From Nitrospirota bacterium (lineage in GTDB: Bacteria > Nitrospirota > JACRHJ01): a DNA stretch of 64,000 bases. Position 1 is the first letter of the stretch, and every line of letters begins with the position of its first letter. Both the position numbers and the translations under genes were made by a program. Positions 37,202 to 48,357 of this stretch are shown here, in pieces. The stretch covers positions 384,001 through 448,000 of the forward strand of contig CAVTDB010000026.1 in NCBI GenBank assembly GCA_963733375.1. Reading direction: 5' to 3'. Under the pieces are notes generated by a model. The model saw nothing but the letters and a program-made list of their open reading frames with translations, did not search any database and was not told where the DNA came from.

Positions 37202-38333
37202 ATGATAACAATGGAAGAAGTACAGCGGGAGCTCTCAAGCCTGCGGGATAGGGTTTCGGCCCTGAGGAGGCATCTTTGACATACCCGCCAAGGAGAAGCG
37301 CGTCCAGGAGATAAACGGCCTGATGGAGGTCCAGGAATTCTGGGAGAACGCGGAAGCCGCGCAGTCGCTCATGAAGGAGAAAACCGGCCTTCAGAGCGCC
37401 ATCTCGTCCTGGGACTCTTTAAGCAAGGCATCTGAAGAGCTTGACGTGATGCTGGAGCTTGCCTCGGAGGAGGGCGGCGAAGAGCTTACACTGGACATAG
37501 ACGCGGCGATGAAAAAACTCGCCCATGATATAGACTCGGCTGAGCTGGAGCTGATGCTATCCGGCGAGAACGACCGGCTTAACGCCATCCTTACCGTCCA
37601 CCCGGGCGCTGGCGGGACGGAATCCCAGGACTGGGCGGAGATGCTGCTCCGGATGTACCTTAGGTGGTGCGAGCGCAGGGGCTACAAGACCGAGATAATA
37701 GACTACCTCCCCGGCGAAGAGGCTGGCGTGAAAAGCGTCACGTTCGAGGTCACGGGCAAGAACGCATACGGATATTTAAAGGCGGAGGCCGGCGTCCACA
37801 GGCTGGTAAGGATATCGCCTTTCGACTCCAATAAAAGAAGGCACACGAGCTTCGCGTCCGTATTCGTCTATCCGGAGGTCGAGGACGACGTAAAGATAGA
37901 GATCGACGAGAAAGACTTGCGGATAGACACCTACCGGGCTTCCGGCGCGGGCGGCCAGCATGTCAACAAGACCTCCTCCGCCATACGGATTACGCACATA
38001 CCGACGAATATCGTCGTGCAGTGTCAGGACGAGCGCTCGCAGTTCAAAAACAAGGACAAGGCATTCAAGGTCCTGCGCTCCCGCCTCTACGACCTGGAGG
38101 TGAAGAAGAAGGAAGCGGAGCGCGACAAGATGAACAGCACGAAAAAGGACATCGCCTGGGGAAGCCAGATACGCTCCTACGTCTTCATGCCCTACCAGAT
38201 GGTTAAGGACCATCGGACCGGCCATGAGGTCGGGAATATAAGCGCGGTTATGGACGGCGACCTGGACGGCTTCATCGAGGCCTATCTCCTCGGCAAGCGC
38301 GCGCAGCCGGGCGCCGCGACAGACGACATCTAA
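37202..38333 (+). CDS. prfB: Peptide chain release factor 2 with programmed +1 frameshift
   Basis: SPF and GGQ motifs; short upstream ORF ends at CTT TGA C. Confidence 0.97.
37265..37280 (+). promoter_or_regulatory. RF2 programmed frameshift site
   Basis: AGGAGG CAT CTT TGA C: internal Shine-Dalgarno 3 nt before the canonical CTT-TGA shift site. Confidence 0.95.
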
Positions 38334-38971
38334 TGGACATAAACGACCTCCTCCGGCATTACAAGGGCCGCAAGAACGAAATCCGCGCCCGCCTCGCCGA
38401 GTTCAAGGAAACATGGCGGCAGGGAGACCTTGCGATATTCAAGGAACTCTGCTTCTGCATCCTTACCGCCAATACCTCCGCGAAGATGGGCATCAACTGC
38501 ATCGAGGCCGCCGGCGACGATATACTCACCGCTGACGTTGAAGGTATAAGGAATATCCTCTGCGGCAGGTACCGCTTCTGGAAGATTCGCCCGAACTATA
38601 TCATCCATACGCGGGAATACCTTCAACAGGAATGCGCCCTCAAAATAAAAAAGAAAATCGAGTCGCTTGCCGACTTCCACCAGCGCCGCGATTTCTTCGC
38701 GGACAACCCCGGCATAAAAGGTTTAGGTTATAAGGAGGCGAGCCATTTCCTCCGTAACATCGGGTTTGAAGGCTATGCCATTTTAGATATCCACGTCGTC
38801 CGCCTGCTCCACGAACTGGGCATACTCCCGGAGGCGAAACGCCCGGCGAACCGCAAGCAGTATGTCTTCATGGAAGAGAAGATGCGCGAATTCTCCAAAG
38901 ATATAAAAATCGGAATGGACGAACTCGACCTTGCGTTATGGAGTTACCGGACGGGGGAGATACTTAAATAA
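38333..38971 (+). CDS. ogg: 8-oxoguanine DNA glycosylase / AP lyase, OGG2 type
   Basis: ELCFCILTAN, HhH KGLGYKEASHFLRNIG, ILDIH, C-terminal GEILK. Confidence 0.9.
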   Translation: MDINDLLRHYKGRKNEIRARLAEFKETWRQGDLAIFKELCFCILTANTSAKMGINCIEAAGDDILTADVEGIRNILCGRYRFWKIRPNYIIHTREYLQQECALKIKKKIESLADFHQRRDFFADNPGIKGLGYKEASHFLRNIGFEGYAILDIHVVRLLHELGILPEAKRPANRKQYVFMEEKMREFSKDIKIGMDELDLALWSYRTGEILK

Positions 38972-38988
38972 ACTGTTCCTTTATTCCC

Positions 38989-39017
38989 TTGACCTGCCTA
39001 TAATTTCTTTCTATAAT
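38989..39017 (+). promoter_or_regulatory. Sigma70-type promoter of lysS
   Basis: TTGACC-17-TATAAT. Confidence 0.75.
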
Positions 39018-39051
39018 TCCAACACTTTATAAATTCATGAAAGGACTCGTA

Positions 39052-40602
39052 ATGCTCGAAGAGAATGAACTGATACAGGTGCGCAGAAAGAAGCTCGAAG
39101 ACTTACGTGCGATGGGGATAAACCCTTACGGGCAGAGATATGAGGTAAAAGACCACGCGAAGGAACTGCACGATAAATACGGCCCGACATCCAAGGAAGA
39201 ACTGGAAAACAATAAAGTCCAGGTAACGGCGGCGGGACGGATCGTGGCCTTCCGGAGCTTCGGAAAGGCCGCTTTTGCGCATATACAGGACGTAAGCGGA
39301 AAGATACAGATTTACATGAAGCGCGACATTCTGGGAGAGGAGCAGTTCAAGCTTTTAAACCTGCTTGATATAGGCGACTATATCGGTGTGGAGGGTTTCC
39401 TGTTCCGCACGAGAACGGACGAGCTGACGGTAGAGGTGGAGAAACTAACGCTCCTTTCCAAGTCCCTTCGCCCCCTGCCTGAGAAATGGCATGGCTTAAC
39501 TGACATCGAGACCCGCTACCGCCAGAGGTACGTGGACTTGATCGTGAACCCGGAGGTCCGCGACACCTTTGTCACGCGCAATAAAATAATCAAGGCCATC
39601 CGCGCATCCCTGGAGGAAAAGGGTTTTCTGGAAGTCGAGACGCCCATGATGCAGCAGATACCCGGCGGAGCCACCGCTAGGCCGTTTATCACGCACCATA
39701 ACGCCCTGGACATGGACCTGTACCTGCGCATCGCGCCGGAGTTGTATTTAAAGCGTCTTATCGTCGGCGGGTTCGAGAGGGTCTACGAGTTGAACCGGAA
39801 CTTCCGGAACGAGGGTATCTCCATCAAGCACAACCCCGAGTTCACGATGCTGGAGTTCTATATGGCGTATGCGGACTACCACGTCCTGATGGAACTGACG
39901 GAGGAGCTTTTTTCGCGCATAGCACTGGAAGTGAAGGGCTCGCTGAAACTTGCGTACCAGGGGGACGAGGTGGATTTGACCCCTCCCTGGCCGAGGATGA
40001 GCATGGAGAAAGCGATTGTAAAATTCGCCGGCGCCGGCAGTGATGATTTAAACGACCTGGAGCGTGCGCGGGCGTTCGCGAAGAAGAATGACGTGCCGCT
40101 TGAAGATGGACTTTCCCTGGCGAAGGTGGTCAACGAGATATTCGAGAAGACCACGGAGTTCAGGATAATCAACCCGGTCTTTATAACCGATTACCCGGTC
40201 GAGCTTTCGCCGCTTTCCAGAAGAAATGACCAGAATCCGGAGTTGGTCGATCGTTTCGAACTGATAATAGCCGGGCGAGAGATGGCAAACGCATTCTCGG
40301 AGCTTAACGACCCGCAGGACCAGCTCTCGCGCTTTCAGGACCAGGTCTCCCAGCGCGAGAAGGGCGATGTTGAGGCGCAGTTCATGGACGAGGACTATGT
40401 ACGCGCGCTCGAATATGGCATGCCTCCGACAGCCGGAGAGGGCATAGGCATCGACCGCCTGGTGATGCTGATGACGGACTCCCCTTCCATCCGCGACGTA
40501 ATCCTTTTCCCGCAGTTGCGGAAGGAGTTCAAAAAGGGTACAAGCGATATGGGCGCATCGGCGGCTGGAATTAATAAAGAAGATCCGGAAGAGCGGCGTT
40601 AA
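39052..40602 (+). CDS. lysS: Lysine--tRNA ligase, class II
   Basis: [34 protein letters not shown]. Confidence 0.98.
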   Translation: MLEENELIQVRRKKLEDLRAMGINPYGQRYEVKDHAKELHDKYGPTSKEELENNKVQVTAAGRIVAFRSFGKAAFAHIQDVSGKIQIYMKRDILGEEQFKLLNLLDIGDYIGVEGFLFRTRTDELTVEVEKLTLLSKSLRPLPEKWHGLTDIETRYRQRYVDLIVNPEVRDTFVTRNKIIKAIRASLEEKGFLEVETPMMQQIPGGATARPFITHHNALDMDLYLRIAPELYLKRLIVGGFERVYELNRNFRNEGISIKHNPEFTMLEFYMAYADYHVLMELTEELFSRIALEVKGSLKLAYQGDEVDLTPPWPRMSMEKAIVKFAGAGSDDLNDLERARAFAKKNDVPLEDGLSLAKVVNEIFEKTTEFRIINPVFITDYPVELSPLSRRNDQNPELVDRFELIIAGREMANAFSELNDPQDQLSRFQDQVSQREKGDVEAQFMDEDYVRALEYGMPPTAGEGIGIDRLVMLMTDSPSIRDVILFPQLRKEFKKGTSDMGASAAGINKEDPEERR

Positions 40603-41829
40603 ATGTCCTACTCCGCTTTTATCGCCCTTCGTTATCTTAAAGGAAGACGCAGGCACACCCCCATCTCGCTCAATACCATCATATCCATCGGCGGGGTTGC
40701 GTTGGGCGTTATGGCGCTTATCGTCGTGCTCTCGGTTATGAGCGGGTTCGAGCACGACCTCATGAAAAAAATACTGGGCACCAACTCCCCCATCGTCGTT
40801 TCGTCCTTCAACGACAAAGGCATCACGGACTATAACCAGCAGATGAAGAAAATCCAGGCGATCCCTCACGTAATCTCCGTCGCGCCTTTTACCTACAGCG
40901 AAGTAATGCTCACCTCGCCAAGCAGCGTCTCCGGAATAATTTTGAAGGGCGTGGACCCCGCCTCAATCGGCAAAGTAACCGAGCTTTCAAAAACTATGGT
41001 GGCCGGGAGCATATCGGGGTTGAATACGTCCGGACCCGTGCCGGGAATCCTGCTGGGGCGGGAGTTGGCGGCAAACCTTGGCGTGCGCACGGGCGAGAGG
41101 GTACGGGTGGTGTCTCCTTTCGGGACGATTACACCTCTTGGCATGGCGCCGAAATTTCAGGAATTCGTCGTTACAGGGCTTTTCGATACCGGCATGTACG
41201 AATACGACTCCAAGCTCGCATATATATCGATACCGGTGGCTCAGAAATTCTTCGGCCTTGGCGATTCCGTCACGGGTTTCGAGGTTAGAATCGACGACCT
41301 TAGCCTCTCGGCGCCTCTGGCCCTTACGATACAAAGCCACCTCGGATTCCCGTTCCGCGCGCGGGACTGGATGCAGATGAACAGAAGCCTTTTCTCCGCG
41401 CTGAAGCTGGAGAAGATAACAATGTTCGTCATACTGGTGCTCATCATCATCGTCGCCTCGTTTAATATCGTGAGCACGCTCATAATGATAGTAATAGACA
41501 AGGCGCGGGAGATAGCGATACTCAAATCCATGGGCGCGACCCGCGCCGGGATAATGAAAATTTTCATGATAAACGGGACCATAATCGGCGTTGTCGGAAC
41601 CCTTATCGGACTTGCGGGAGGGCTGGCTGTTTGTTTTATCATCGAGAAAACCAGCCTCATCACCCTCCCGAGCGACATCTATTATATCAGTCATTTGCCG
41701 GCGCGGGTCGACCCCGTGGAACTGGTTGTCATATGCGCCTCGGCGATAATAATCAGTTTCGGGGCGACGCTTTACCCGTCATGGCAGGCGGCGAAGCTCG
41801 ACCCGCTGGAAGCTCTCAGGTACGAATAA
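40603..41829 (+). CDS. lolE: Lipoprotein-releasing ABC transporter permease LolC/E
   Basis: VLSVMSGF, G.FDTGMYEYD, ALKLEK, EIAILKSMGA, LDPLEALRYE. Confidence 0.9.
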   Translation: MSYSAFIALRYLKGRRRHTPISLNTIISIGGVALGVMALIVVLSVMSGFEHDLMKKILGTNSPIVVSSFNDKGITDYNQQMKKIQAIPHVISVAPFTYSEVMLTSPSSVSGIILKGVDPASIGKVTELSKTMVAGSISGLNTSGPVPGILLGRELAANLGVRTGERVRVVSPFGTITPLGMAPKFQEFVVTGLFDTGMYEYDSKLAYISIPVAQKFFGLGDSVTGFEVRIDDLSLSAPLALTIQSHLGFPFRARDWMQMNRSLFSALKLEKITMFVILVLIIIVASFNIVSTLIMIVIDKAREIAILKSMGATRAGIMKIFMINGTIIGVVGTLIGLAGGLAVCFIIEKTSLITLPSDIYYISHLPARVDPVELVVICASAIIISFGATLYPSWQAAKLDPLEALRYE

Positions 41830-41847
41830 AAGAAGGAGGTCCTATCG

Positions 41848-42499
41848 ATGAAACTCAGGATAATATCAGCGGTTGTGCTCTTCTGTCTCTGCATTGCTTC
41901 TCCGGCGCTCTCGGCGGACGCAAAGGCAAAGCTGTCGTCCAACTCCGGCTTTCTTCTCCGCGGCACTGTCTACAAGCAGAGCGGCGCCGCAAGGAGCGGG
42001 GTAATTACCATCCGCACGAGTTGGAATTTGCCGGGTGCTTCGCCCATTTACAGGTACGATTTTGACATCCTTTACGGGAACACGGAAGGCAATCTGTACA
42101 GCTTCATGCTCTCGGACATCTCGGAGATAGAGTTCCTGCCGTTAGAGGGAAACAGGCAGCCGGTGAACGTGCTGCTCCGGAACGGCACGCTGCAAAAGGT
42201 AACGCTCTCGTCGAACGATAAATTTATTATGGGGACGATGAACCTGAAGCTGAGCGAAGTTGACGTCCTCACGGACACTTACGGGGATAACGTCATCTCC
42301 GGCGGCGATGTCCAGAAGATAGTTTTCTCCGCTTCCCCGGCAGTTCAGGACGAGTCCCTGAAGGACGTCGTCAAGCTCACTCGGCGACGCGCTTCAGGTC
42401 GGGGCGAGAGATGGACTGGTGGATGACGATTTTATGACCGTACTTCAGAAAATATATTCCAGGCTGAAGACAAAGGCCGATGAAAAAAGCGGAAAATAA
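41848..42499 (+). CDS. Secreted hypothetical protein with two internal beta-rich repeats (frameshift near 42380)
   Basis: AGGAGG SD, Sec signal peptide ending ALSA; alternate frame ends at TAA 42499 abutting lolD. Confidence 0.7.
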
Positions 42500-43183
42500 G
42501 TGACCGCTCCTTTGATTATATCAGTCCGCGGCCTGTCCAAATCATTCCGGATGGGGAATACGGAGGTCGCGGTCCTGAGAGGCATAGACCTGGATATCCC
42601 CAAAGGGGAAATGCTGTCCATCGTCGGGGCGTCGGGCGTCGGAAAGAGCACCCTGCTGCACGTTATCGGGGCGCTGGACAAGCCCACTTCCGGACAGGTC
42701 ATTTACGATGGCAGAGACGTATTCAGCATGTCCAACGGCGAATTGGCGACGTTCAGGAACAGGAATGTCGGGTTCGTATTCCAGTTCCACCACCTACTGC
42801 CGGAGTTTTCCGCTCTGGAAAACGTCCTCATCCCTTCCATGATAGGCGGCATGGAGCCTAAGGAGGCTAAACACCGGGCGGAAGCGCTGCTTGAGGAAGT
42901 AGGACTTTCCGGCCGGCTTACGCACAGGCCCGGAGAGCTCTCAGGCGGAGAGCAGCAGAGGGTGGCTATAGCGCGGGCGCTGATGTCCGAGCCAAAGGTG
43001 ATACTCGCGGACGAGCCCACGGGCAACCTGGATACGCATACGGCCCAGTCCGTCCACGAGCTTTTAAAAAGGCTCAATCGCGAGAAGGGTCTTACTTCAA
43101 TAATCGTAACCCACAACGAGAGGCTTGCCGAGATGGGCGACAGGACGGTCCGGATGGTGGACGGGCTTATATTTCGGCCTTAG
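42500..43183 (+). CDS. lolD: Lipoprotein-releasing ABC transporter ATPase
   Basis: [35 protein letters not shown]. Confidence 0.93.
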   Translation: MTAPLIISVRGLSKSFRMGNTEVAVLRGIDLDIPKGEMLSIVGASGVGKSTLLHVIGALDKPTSGQVIYDGRDVFSMSNGELATFRNRNVGFVFQFHHLLPEFSALENVLIPSMIGGMEPKEAKHRAEALLEEVGLSGRLTHRPGELSGGEQQRVAIARALMSEPKVILADEPTGNLDTHTAQSVHELLKRLNREKGLTSIIVTHNERLAEMGDRTVRMVDGLIFRP

Positions 43184-44858
43184 GCGCCTTTGCCAGTATT
43201 TCCTCAACCGTCGTCAACCCGGCGTTTACCTTATCGATCGCGTCTTCAAATAACGTCCTCATCCCATTCTCTCTCGCGGCTTTCCAGATATCTTCCTCGG
43301 AAGCCTTTTTAGCGACTAAATTCCTGATGCTTCTGTCCAGAGGCAGATATTCGAAAATCGCAATCTGGCCATGGTAACCCGTCCCGTAGCATTTGTGACA
43401 GCCAGTCCCGACAAAAGTCTTGCCAAGACCTTGAATACCTACCGCCGCATTATTTTTTTCCGGTTCCTCTTTCTTGCAGTAAGGGCAAATGCGGCGGACT
43501 AACCTCTGGGCGAGCACGCCGGTCAGTGAAGAGCCGACAAGGTATGCCGGTATTCCTATATCGATAAGCCTGGTGATGCTGGAAACCGTGTCGTTGGTGT
43601 GGAGCGTCGTCAGGACCAGATGCCCCGTAAGTGAAGATTTAACGGCTATGTCCGCCGTCTCCATGTCGCGTATCTCGCCCACCATTATTATATCGGGGTC
43701 CTGCCGGAGCACCGAGCGGAGCACATTCGGGAACGTGAGGCCGATGGCCTCGTTGATTCCCACCTGCGTCACGCCCGACAGGCGGTATTCCACAGGTTCC
43801 TCTATGGTTACCACGTTCTCCTTCTCCGAGCGCACCTGCTGGAGTATTGCATAGAGCGTCGTGGTCTTGCCGCTCCCGGTGGGGCCGGTGACCAGCAGGA
43901 AGCCCTGCGGCCGCGAAAGCGCATCCAGGAGAGGTTTCTTTATCCTGGCCGGAAAACCTATCTGGTCGAGCGAAATCAGCCCCTTGCTCTTATCCAGCAG
44001 GCGTATGACCACCTTCTCGCCGTAAAGCGACGGAAGGGTCGAGATGCGGAGGTCCACTTCGCGGTCGGACAGTTTCAGCTTGCTCGTCCCGTCCTGCGGG
44101 AGGCGGCGGTTCGTTATGTCCATGTCCGCGATTATCTTTATGCGCGAGATGACGTAGTCCTTTATCCGGCGTGGAATAGTCAGCGCCTCGCGGAGGTCCC
44201 CGTCCACCCGGTAGCGTACGGCGACGCTATCCTCCCGCGGCTCAATATGGATATCCGAAGCGCGCATCTTCACCGCCTCGACTATTATCATCGTCACGAG
44301 TTGTATTATCGGCGGGGTTTCACTTAGCTTGTAGAGCGACTGGATGTTCACGACCTTATCGTCTGCGCGGTCGCGCAGAAATTCAGCATCCTCGTAAGAT
44401 TTTATCGAGTTCATCAGATGAAAGACCTTTTCCTTCACCTGATAATGTTTATCAATGCAGTCGATGATGCTTTTTTCAGTCGCGACTGCGGGACGGATTT
44501 CGCACCCGGTCTTGAACCTTATCTCCTCGATCGTCTGATAATCCAGCGGGTCCACCATCGCAAGCGTCAGCTTCCGCCCTTCTAAACGCACCGGGAAAAT
44601 TTTTTTTCTCTCGGCGTCCTCCTGCGATACCAGGTTCAGCGCTTCGTGGTCAACTTCCACGGACTGCAAATCTATTGAAGGAATTTTAAGCTGAAGGGCG
44701 AGTGCATTGACGAGGCTCTTTTCGCTTACAAAGCCGAAATCGGCCAGGACCCTTCCGATTTTTGCATTCCCGGTCTTCTGGAATAAAAGAGCCTTTTGCA
44801 GGTTTTCCGGGGAGAGCGAACTTTCCTCTACCAGCATTTCACCAAGGCGTTTTCGCAT
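43167..44858 (-). CDS. PilB/GspE-family secretion ATPase with MshEN N-terminus
   Basis: [58 protein letters not shown] zinc site. Confidence 0.92.
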   Translation of the reverse strand: MRKRLGEMLVEESSLSPENLQKALLFQKTGNAKIGRVLADFGFVSEKSLVNALALQLKIPSIDLQSVEVDHEALNLVSQEDAERKKIFPVRLEGRKLTLAMVDPLDYQTIEEIRFKTGCEIRPAVATEKSIIDCIDKHYQVKEKVFHLMNSIKSYEDAEFLRDRADDKVVNIQSLYKLSETPPIIQLVTMIIVEAVKMRASDIHIEPREDSVAVRYRVDGDLREALTIPRRIKDYVISRIKIIADMDITNRRLPQDGTSKLKLSDREVDLRISTLPSLYGEKVVIRLLDKSKGLISLDQIGFPARIKKPLLDALSRPQGFLLVTGPTGSGKTTTLYAILQQVRSEKENVVTIEEPVEYRLSGVTQVGINEAIGLTFPNVLRSVLRQDPDIIMVGEIRDMETADIAVKSSLTGHLVLTTLHTNDTVSSITRLIDIGIPAYLVGSSLTGVLAQRLVRRICPYCKKEEPEKNNAAVGIQGLGKTFVGTGCHKCYGTGYHGQIAIFEYLPLDRSIRNLVAKKASEEDIWKAARENGMRTLFEDAIDKVNAGLTTVEEILAKAPKAEI

Positions 44859-44886
44859 ATTAACCCCGTTATTTTACGATAGCGGG

Positions 44887-44930
44887 ACAGTTTAAAAGTT
44901 TTTGGCGTTACCTTTTTCCAAAAAGGTAAC
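44887..44930. repeat. 44 bp dispersed palindromic repeat, copy 2
   Basis: 41/44 identical to 1355-1398. Confidence 0.88.
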
Positions 44931-44985
44931 GGTTTTCTGATTTTTACTGTATTTCTTTGAAGTTACAGGACTGCTGTGGGAAGGA

Positions 44986-45825
44986 CTAATTTTCTCGCTT
45001 GCAGATCTTCGCTATCCTCTCCGCCGCGTCAGAGATATCGGAGGGCATTCCAACATCCAGCCCTTTCTCCTGAAGCTCTTTAAAAAGCTCTATCAGGATA
45101 GGAAAATCGAGTCTGGCATGTTTGTAATAGTCCGTGCGGGCGAAAAGGTCCGCCGGCGTGTCGCGAACCATTATCCTGCCCCCCTCCCCCAGCACGTATA
45201 CCGAGTCCGCCATCTGGCTGACGATATTTATATCGTGTGTTGACATAATGATCGCCATGCCCCATTTCTTATTCAGCCGGTTAAGAAGCGCGGCCAGCTC
45301 TTTACGCGACATCGGGTCGAGCCCCTCGAAAGGTTCATCGAGCACAAGTAGTTCGGGCTTCAGTACCAGGGCTCCCGCAAGCGCGACTTTTCTCTTCTCG
45401 CCGCCGCTTAAGTAATGACAGACCTTCTTGCGGATATTATTTATTCCAAGTTCGCTTAACGCCTCTTCCACAAGGTGCTCTATCCCATGCTCGGGATACC
45501 CGTAATTCCTGGGAGCGAACGAGACGTCGTCTTCAACCGTGGGCGCGATAAGCTGGTCGTCCACGTCCTGGAGCACCACGCCTATCTTCTCTCTTATTTT
45601 ATCATAGTTCTTGGAAGGGTCATGTCCGAAGACCTTGATGTCTCCCTTGTCTGCCTTGAGAAGCCCCAGAATGTGGAAAAGCAGGGTAGTTTTCCCGCTT
45701 CCGTTCGGGCCGATTATAACGACTCTCTCCCCTTTCCGGACGACAAAATCAAGCCCGCAGAGATAAACTTCGGTAGAATCGGGATAAATGTGTCTCAGAC
45801 AGCTTATACGGACGATCTCTTCCAA
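44986..45825 (-). CDS. cbiO: ECF transporter ATPase (CbiO/NikO-like)
   Basis: GPNGSGKTT, TVEDDVSFAPRN, LSGGEKRK, LDEP. Confidence 0.85.
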   Translation of the reverse strand: MEEIVRISCLRHIYPDSTEVYLCGLDFVVRKGERVVIIGPNGSGKTTLLFHILGLLKADKGDIKVFGHDPSKNYDKIREKIGVVLQDVDDQLIAPTVEDDVSFAPRNYGYPEHGIEHLVEEALSELGINNIRKKVCHYLSGGEKRKVALAGALVLKPELLVLDEPFEGLDPMSRKELAALLNRLNKKWGMAIIMSTHDINIVSQMADSVYVLGEGGRIMVRDTPADLFARTDYYKHARLDFPILIELFKELQEKGLDVGMPSDISDAAERIAKICKREN

Positions 45826-46610
45826 ATCCTGAGCGCCTCCGTGAATATAAAATAAACGGCTACCAAACTGATTATATAAAGCCCGCCCCCGAAATGGCTG
45901 CCTCTGAATATGACAGAAAGGGCCAGAATCGCGGCCGCGGCAATCATGAACGGCAGGTCCGTTACTTCGATCGGCCCCACCTTTCTTCTGATGCCCAGTT
46001 CTCCGCTGTAACCCCTTATAGACATGACGTCGTAGAGCCTTTGACTCTTATCGTACGCCCTGATGAATAAAAAGCCCAGCCCGGAGGCCATGTTACGCGC
46101 GTTTTTCATAACCTTCCTCGGCTCAAAACCTCCGCGCAGCCGAAGCGCTGTCATGAAATTGCCCGCGAGTCCCAGCAGGATGAAAAAAGACCTGTACGTC
46201 ATGAAAAGACCGTCGTAAACCACCTGCGGCATGGCCCTGCCCAGAAGACCCACCACCTCCGCATACGGCGTCGTGGATATAAGCAGTATCATGGCCGTGG
46301 CGGCCGTCATGGCCTTGACTATTATAAGCACGGGATAGTCCAGCCCCCTGCCCGCCTGGCTCACGGCATACAGTATGGCGAAAAGCCCTGGAAATACCGA
46401 GATGGCCAGGATCATCCGCATCGGCAGACGGGCCGCGCGCACCGTTACCAGCACTATGGCGTAAACCCCTAAAAGCGCCTCGATATCGTCCGTGACAACC
46501 ACTGCGGCAATCAAAAAGCCCGTGGCCAGCATCTTCGAAATAACCGAGGATTTATGGACCGGGCTAATAGTGCAGTTAGCCCAGTAGTCTATGCGAGAAA
46601 TATCGAGCAA
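45804..46610 (-). CDS. cbiQ: ECF transporter T component (CbiQ/NikQ-like)
   Basis: Multi-TM; LRG and IRG coupling motifs; lies between the M and O genes. Confidence 0.82.
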   Translation of the reverse strand: MLDISRIDYWANCTISPVHKSSVISKMLATGFLIAAVVVTDDIEALLGVYAIVLVTVRAARLPMRMILAISVFPGLFAILYAVSQAGRGLDYPVLIIVKAMTAATAMILLISTTPYAEVVGLLGRAMPQVVYDGLFMTYRSFFILLGLAGNFMTALRLRGGFEPRKVMKNARNMASGLGFLFIRAYDKSQRLYDVMSIRGYSGELGIRRKVGPIEVTDLPFMIAAAAILALSVIFRGSHFGGGLYIISLVAVYFIFTEALRIWKRSSV

Positions 46611-46616
46611 GTTACC

Positions 46617-47322
46617 TTAAGCCCCGCCGATAATTTCCGGCTTCACCTTTGAGATGAATTTTATAGCCAGTGAGGTGACAATCGCCTCAATCGTCCAGCC
46701 TATGAAACCAAGACCGAATGCGGCTATAGCGAACAAGCGGAAGTTAAATCCCTGCCTCAGACTGAAAAGCTCCAGGAGTTTTGCGGCGGTAGGCGTCTCC
46801 AGGATGTCGCGGACCTCTGCCATGCCCTGAGAGCTCAAATGCACGTTGGCGATGAATACTATGAAAAGCATTAAACAGGTGGAGATAAAAAGGGTTATAT
46901 AAGTGGTTATCAAGGCGGAAGCGCCAGGGTTTACGACCTTCCTGAGGGCATTGAACATCAGCCATCCAAGCACCCCTTCCGACCCGATTATTATGGTGTT
47001 CAGGCCGACAGTAGTCACCCCGCCGTGCCCTACCAGGGAGAGTATGAAATTTACCATGAACGCGGCTACGATAGCCAGCCAGGGGCCCAGGATGACGCCG
47101 GTTATAACGGAGAGGTTCACATGATAGGCTATTGGAACTATCTCAAGGCTCATCCCGACCAGCATCATGGCGGACATCATGCCCAGAAGGGGCACCTTTT
47201 TTTTAAGGTCCATCCGTCTCGTCATAAACAGTGAAAAAGAGACCATAGCGCCCTGCGATAATAAGACCGGTAAGCCATAACCATACCGGCAGAACCCCAT
47301 CCGGTACATGCAGATGGGACAT
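46617..47322 (-). CDS. cbiM: ECF Co/Ni S component (CbiM/NikM-like; frameshift near 47275)
   Basis: MSHLHVPDGVLP from ATG 47322; YHVNL...GVILGP, GHGGVTTVGLN, IEA..T. Confidence 0.85.
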
Positions 47323-47693
47323 CAGGGCCTTCCTTTAAAGAAATGGAACTCGGCATCGAACAGGATGGATATGAACCAGCTGACAAGGCTTATGACAAGC
47401 GCTCCCCAAAAAGCCGCCCAGAACCCTTCCACGGCAAATCCGGCCACCGCCCATGCGACAAGCTTCAGCATCAGGGCGTTTATTACGAGCGTGAATAGCC
47501 CCAGCGTCAGGATACTCAGCGGCAGTGTCAATATTATCAGGACCGGCCTGATGAAGGCGTTTACTATTCCCAGTAGTGCGGCGGCTATCACGCCCGACCA
47601 GAAGTCCGCGATGTGGATGCCGTGGACCAGATAACCGGCCGCGAAGACCGCAAGGGAGTTAATAAGCCATTTTATTAATAGCTTGGGTATCAT
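47322..47693 (-). CDS. YvlD / 4-TM phage-holin-family membrane protein
   Basis: NAFIRPVL..LTLPL..LTLGLF.LVINA, FWAAFWGAL. Confidence 0.85.
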   Translation of the reverse strand: MIPKLLIKWLINSLAVFAAGYLVHGIHIADFWSGVIAAALLGIVNAFIRPVLIILTLPLSILTLGLFTLVINALMLKLVAWAVAGFAVEGFWAAFWGALVISLVSWFISILFDAEFHFFKGRP

Positions 47694-47717
47694 TTTTGGC
47701 CCTGGCATCAGGCGGAT

Positions 47718-48170
47718 TTATTTTTCCACCCTTGACATTAGATAATAGGAAAAAACCAGGACAAGCACTATTGCGGTGCTGACGCCAAGCTCCGCCATCG
47801 GATAGTAGTCCGTGTGCCTGTCCATGGACATCTGCGCCTCCACCATCAATATACGCCTGAGGCTGGAAATAATGCCTATCGCCAGGAAGGGCTTCAGCGA
47901 GAACTCCTGGCGTTTCAGGTACCTGATGACCGTCCAGAGGAGCTCCATTACGATCAGTACGAACAGGACGTCGTTTATGACCAGGAGTATCGAGTTGACG
48001 TTTATGGAGGCGAAGTTCGTCGCCGTGAACACCAGCATGAACACCGCGGCGAGAAGGAGCGCCACGGCCACCAGCACGTGCACCGCATCGTCCGCGAATA
48101 TCAATGCCTTTCGTATCTTGCATATCAACGCCGGGGTAGTCCTGTGCCCGTTTTCGTGTTCCTTGACCAT
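47718..48170 (-). CDS. PsiE-family membrane protein
   Basis: LFVLIVMELL.TV, PFLAIGIISSLRRIL; 4 TM. Confidence 0.8.
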   Translation of the reverse strand: MVKEHENGHRTTPALICKIRKALIFADDAVHVLVAVALLLAAVFMLVFTATNFASINVNSILLVINDVLFVLIVMELLWTVIRYLKRQEFSLKPFLAIGIISSLRRILMVEAQMSMDRHTDYYPMAELGVSTAIVLVLVFSYYLMSRVEK

Positions 48171-48288
48171 CAAGGCCTCCGCCCGTAAAACTTGTCCATT
48201 AAAATGGGAAATATAGCACGGGAAGGTATCTGTGACAATTAAAATAATACCAAAGTAACACTCTCTCTGCAAGCGCCTCCCGGATTTC

Positions 48289-48317
48289 TTGACTAACGCT
48301 TCAAATTAAAATATCAT
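48289..48317 (+). promoter_or_regulatory. Sigma70-type promoter of queD
   Basis: TTGACT-17-TATCAT. Confidence 0.7.
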
Positions 48318-48357
48318 TAAGGGGTTTACTGATTCCAAACAATCCGAGAGGAACGCA

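Noticed and set aside
37037-37279. Apparent fusion of the Lnt C-terminus to the RF2 N-terminal peptide
   Set aside because: prfB has its own AGGAGG and ATG near 37202; the shared frame is best explained by an indel near the end of lnt.
47322-47693. Prophage suggested by a holin-family gene
   Set aside because: YvlD-type proteins are common chromosomal genes; no integrase, capsid or lysin genes are present.
48318-48357. PreQ1 riboswitch upstream of queD
   Set aside because: The leader is about 35 nt and lacks a convincing P1 stem and A-rich tail.
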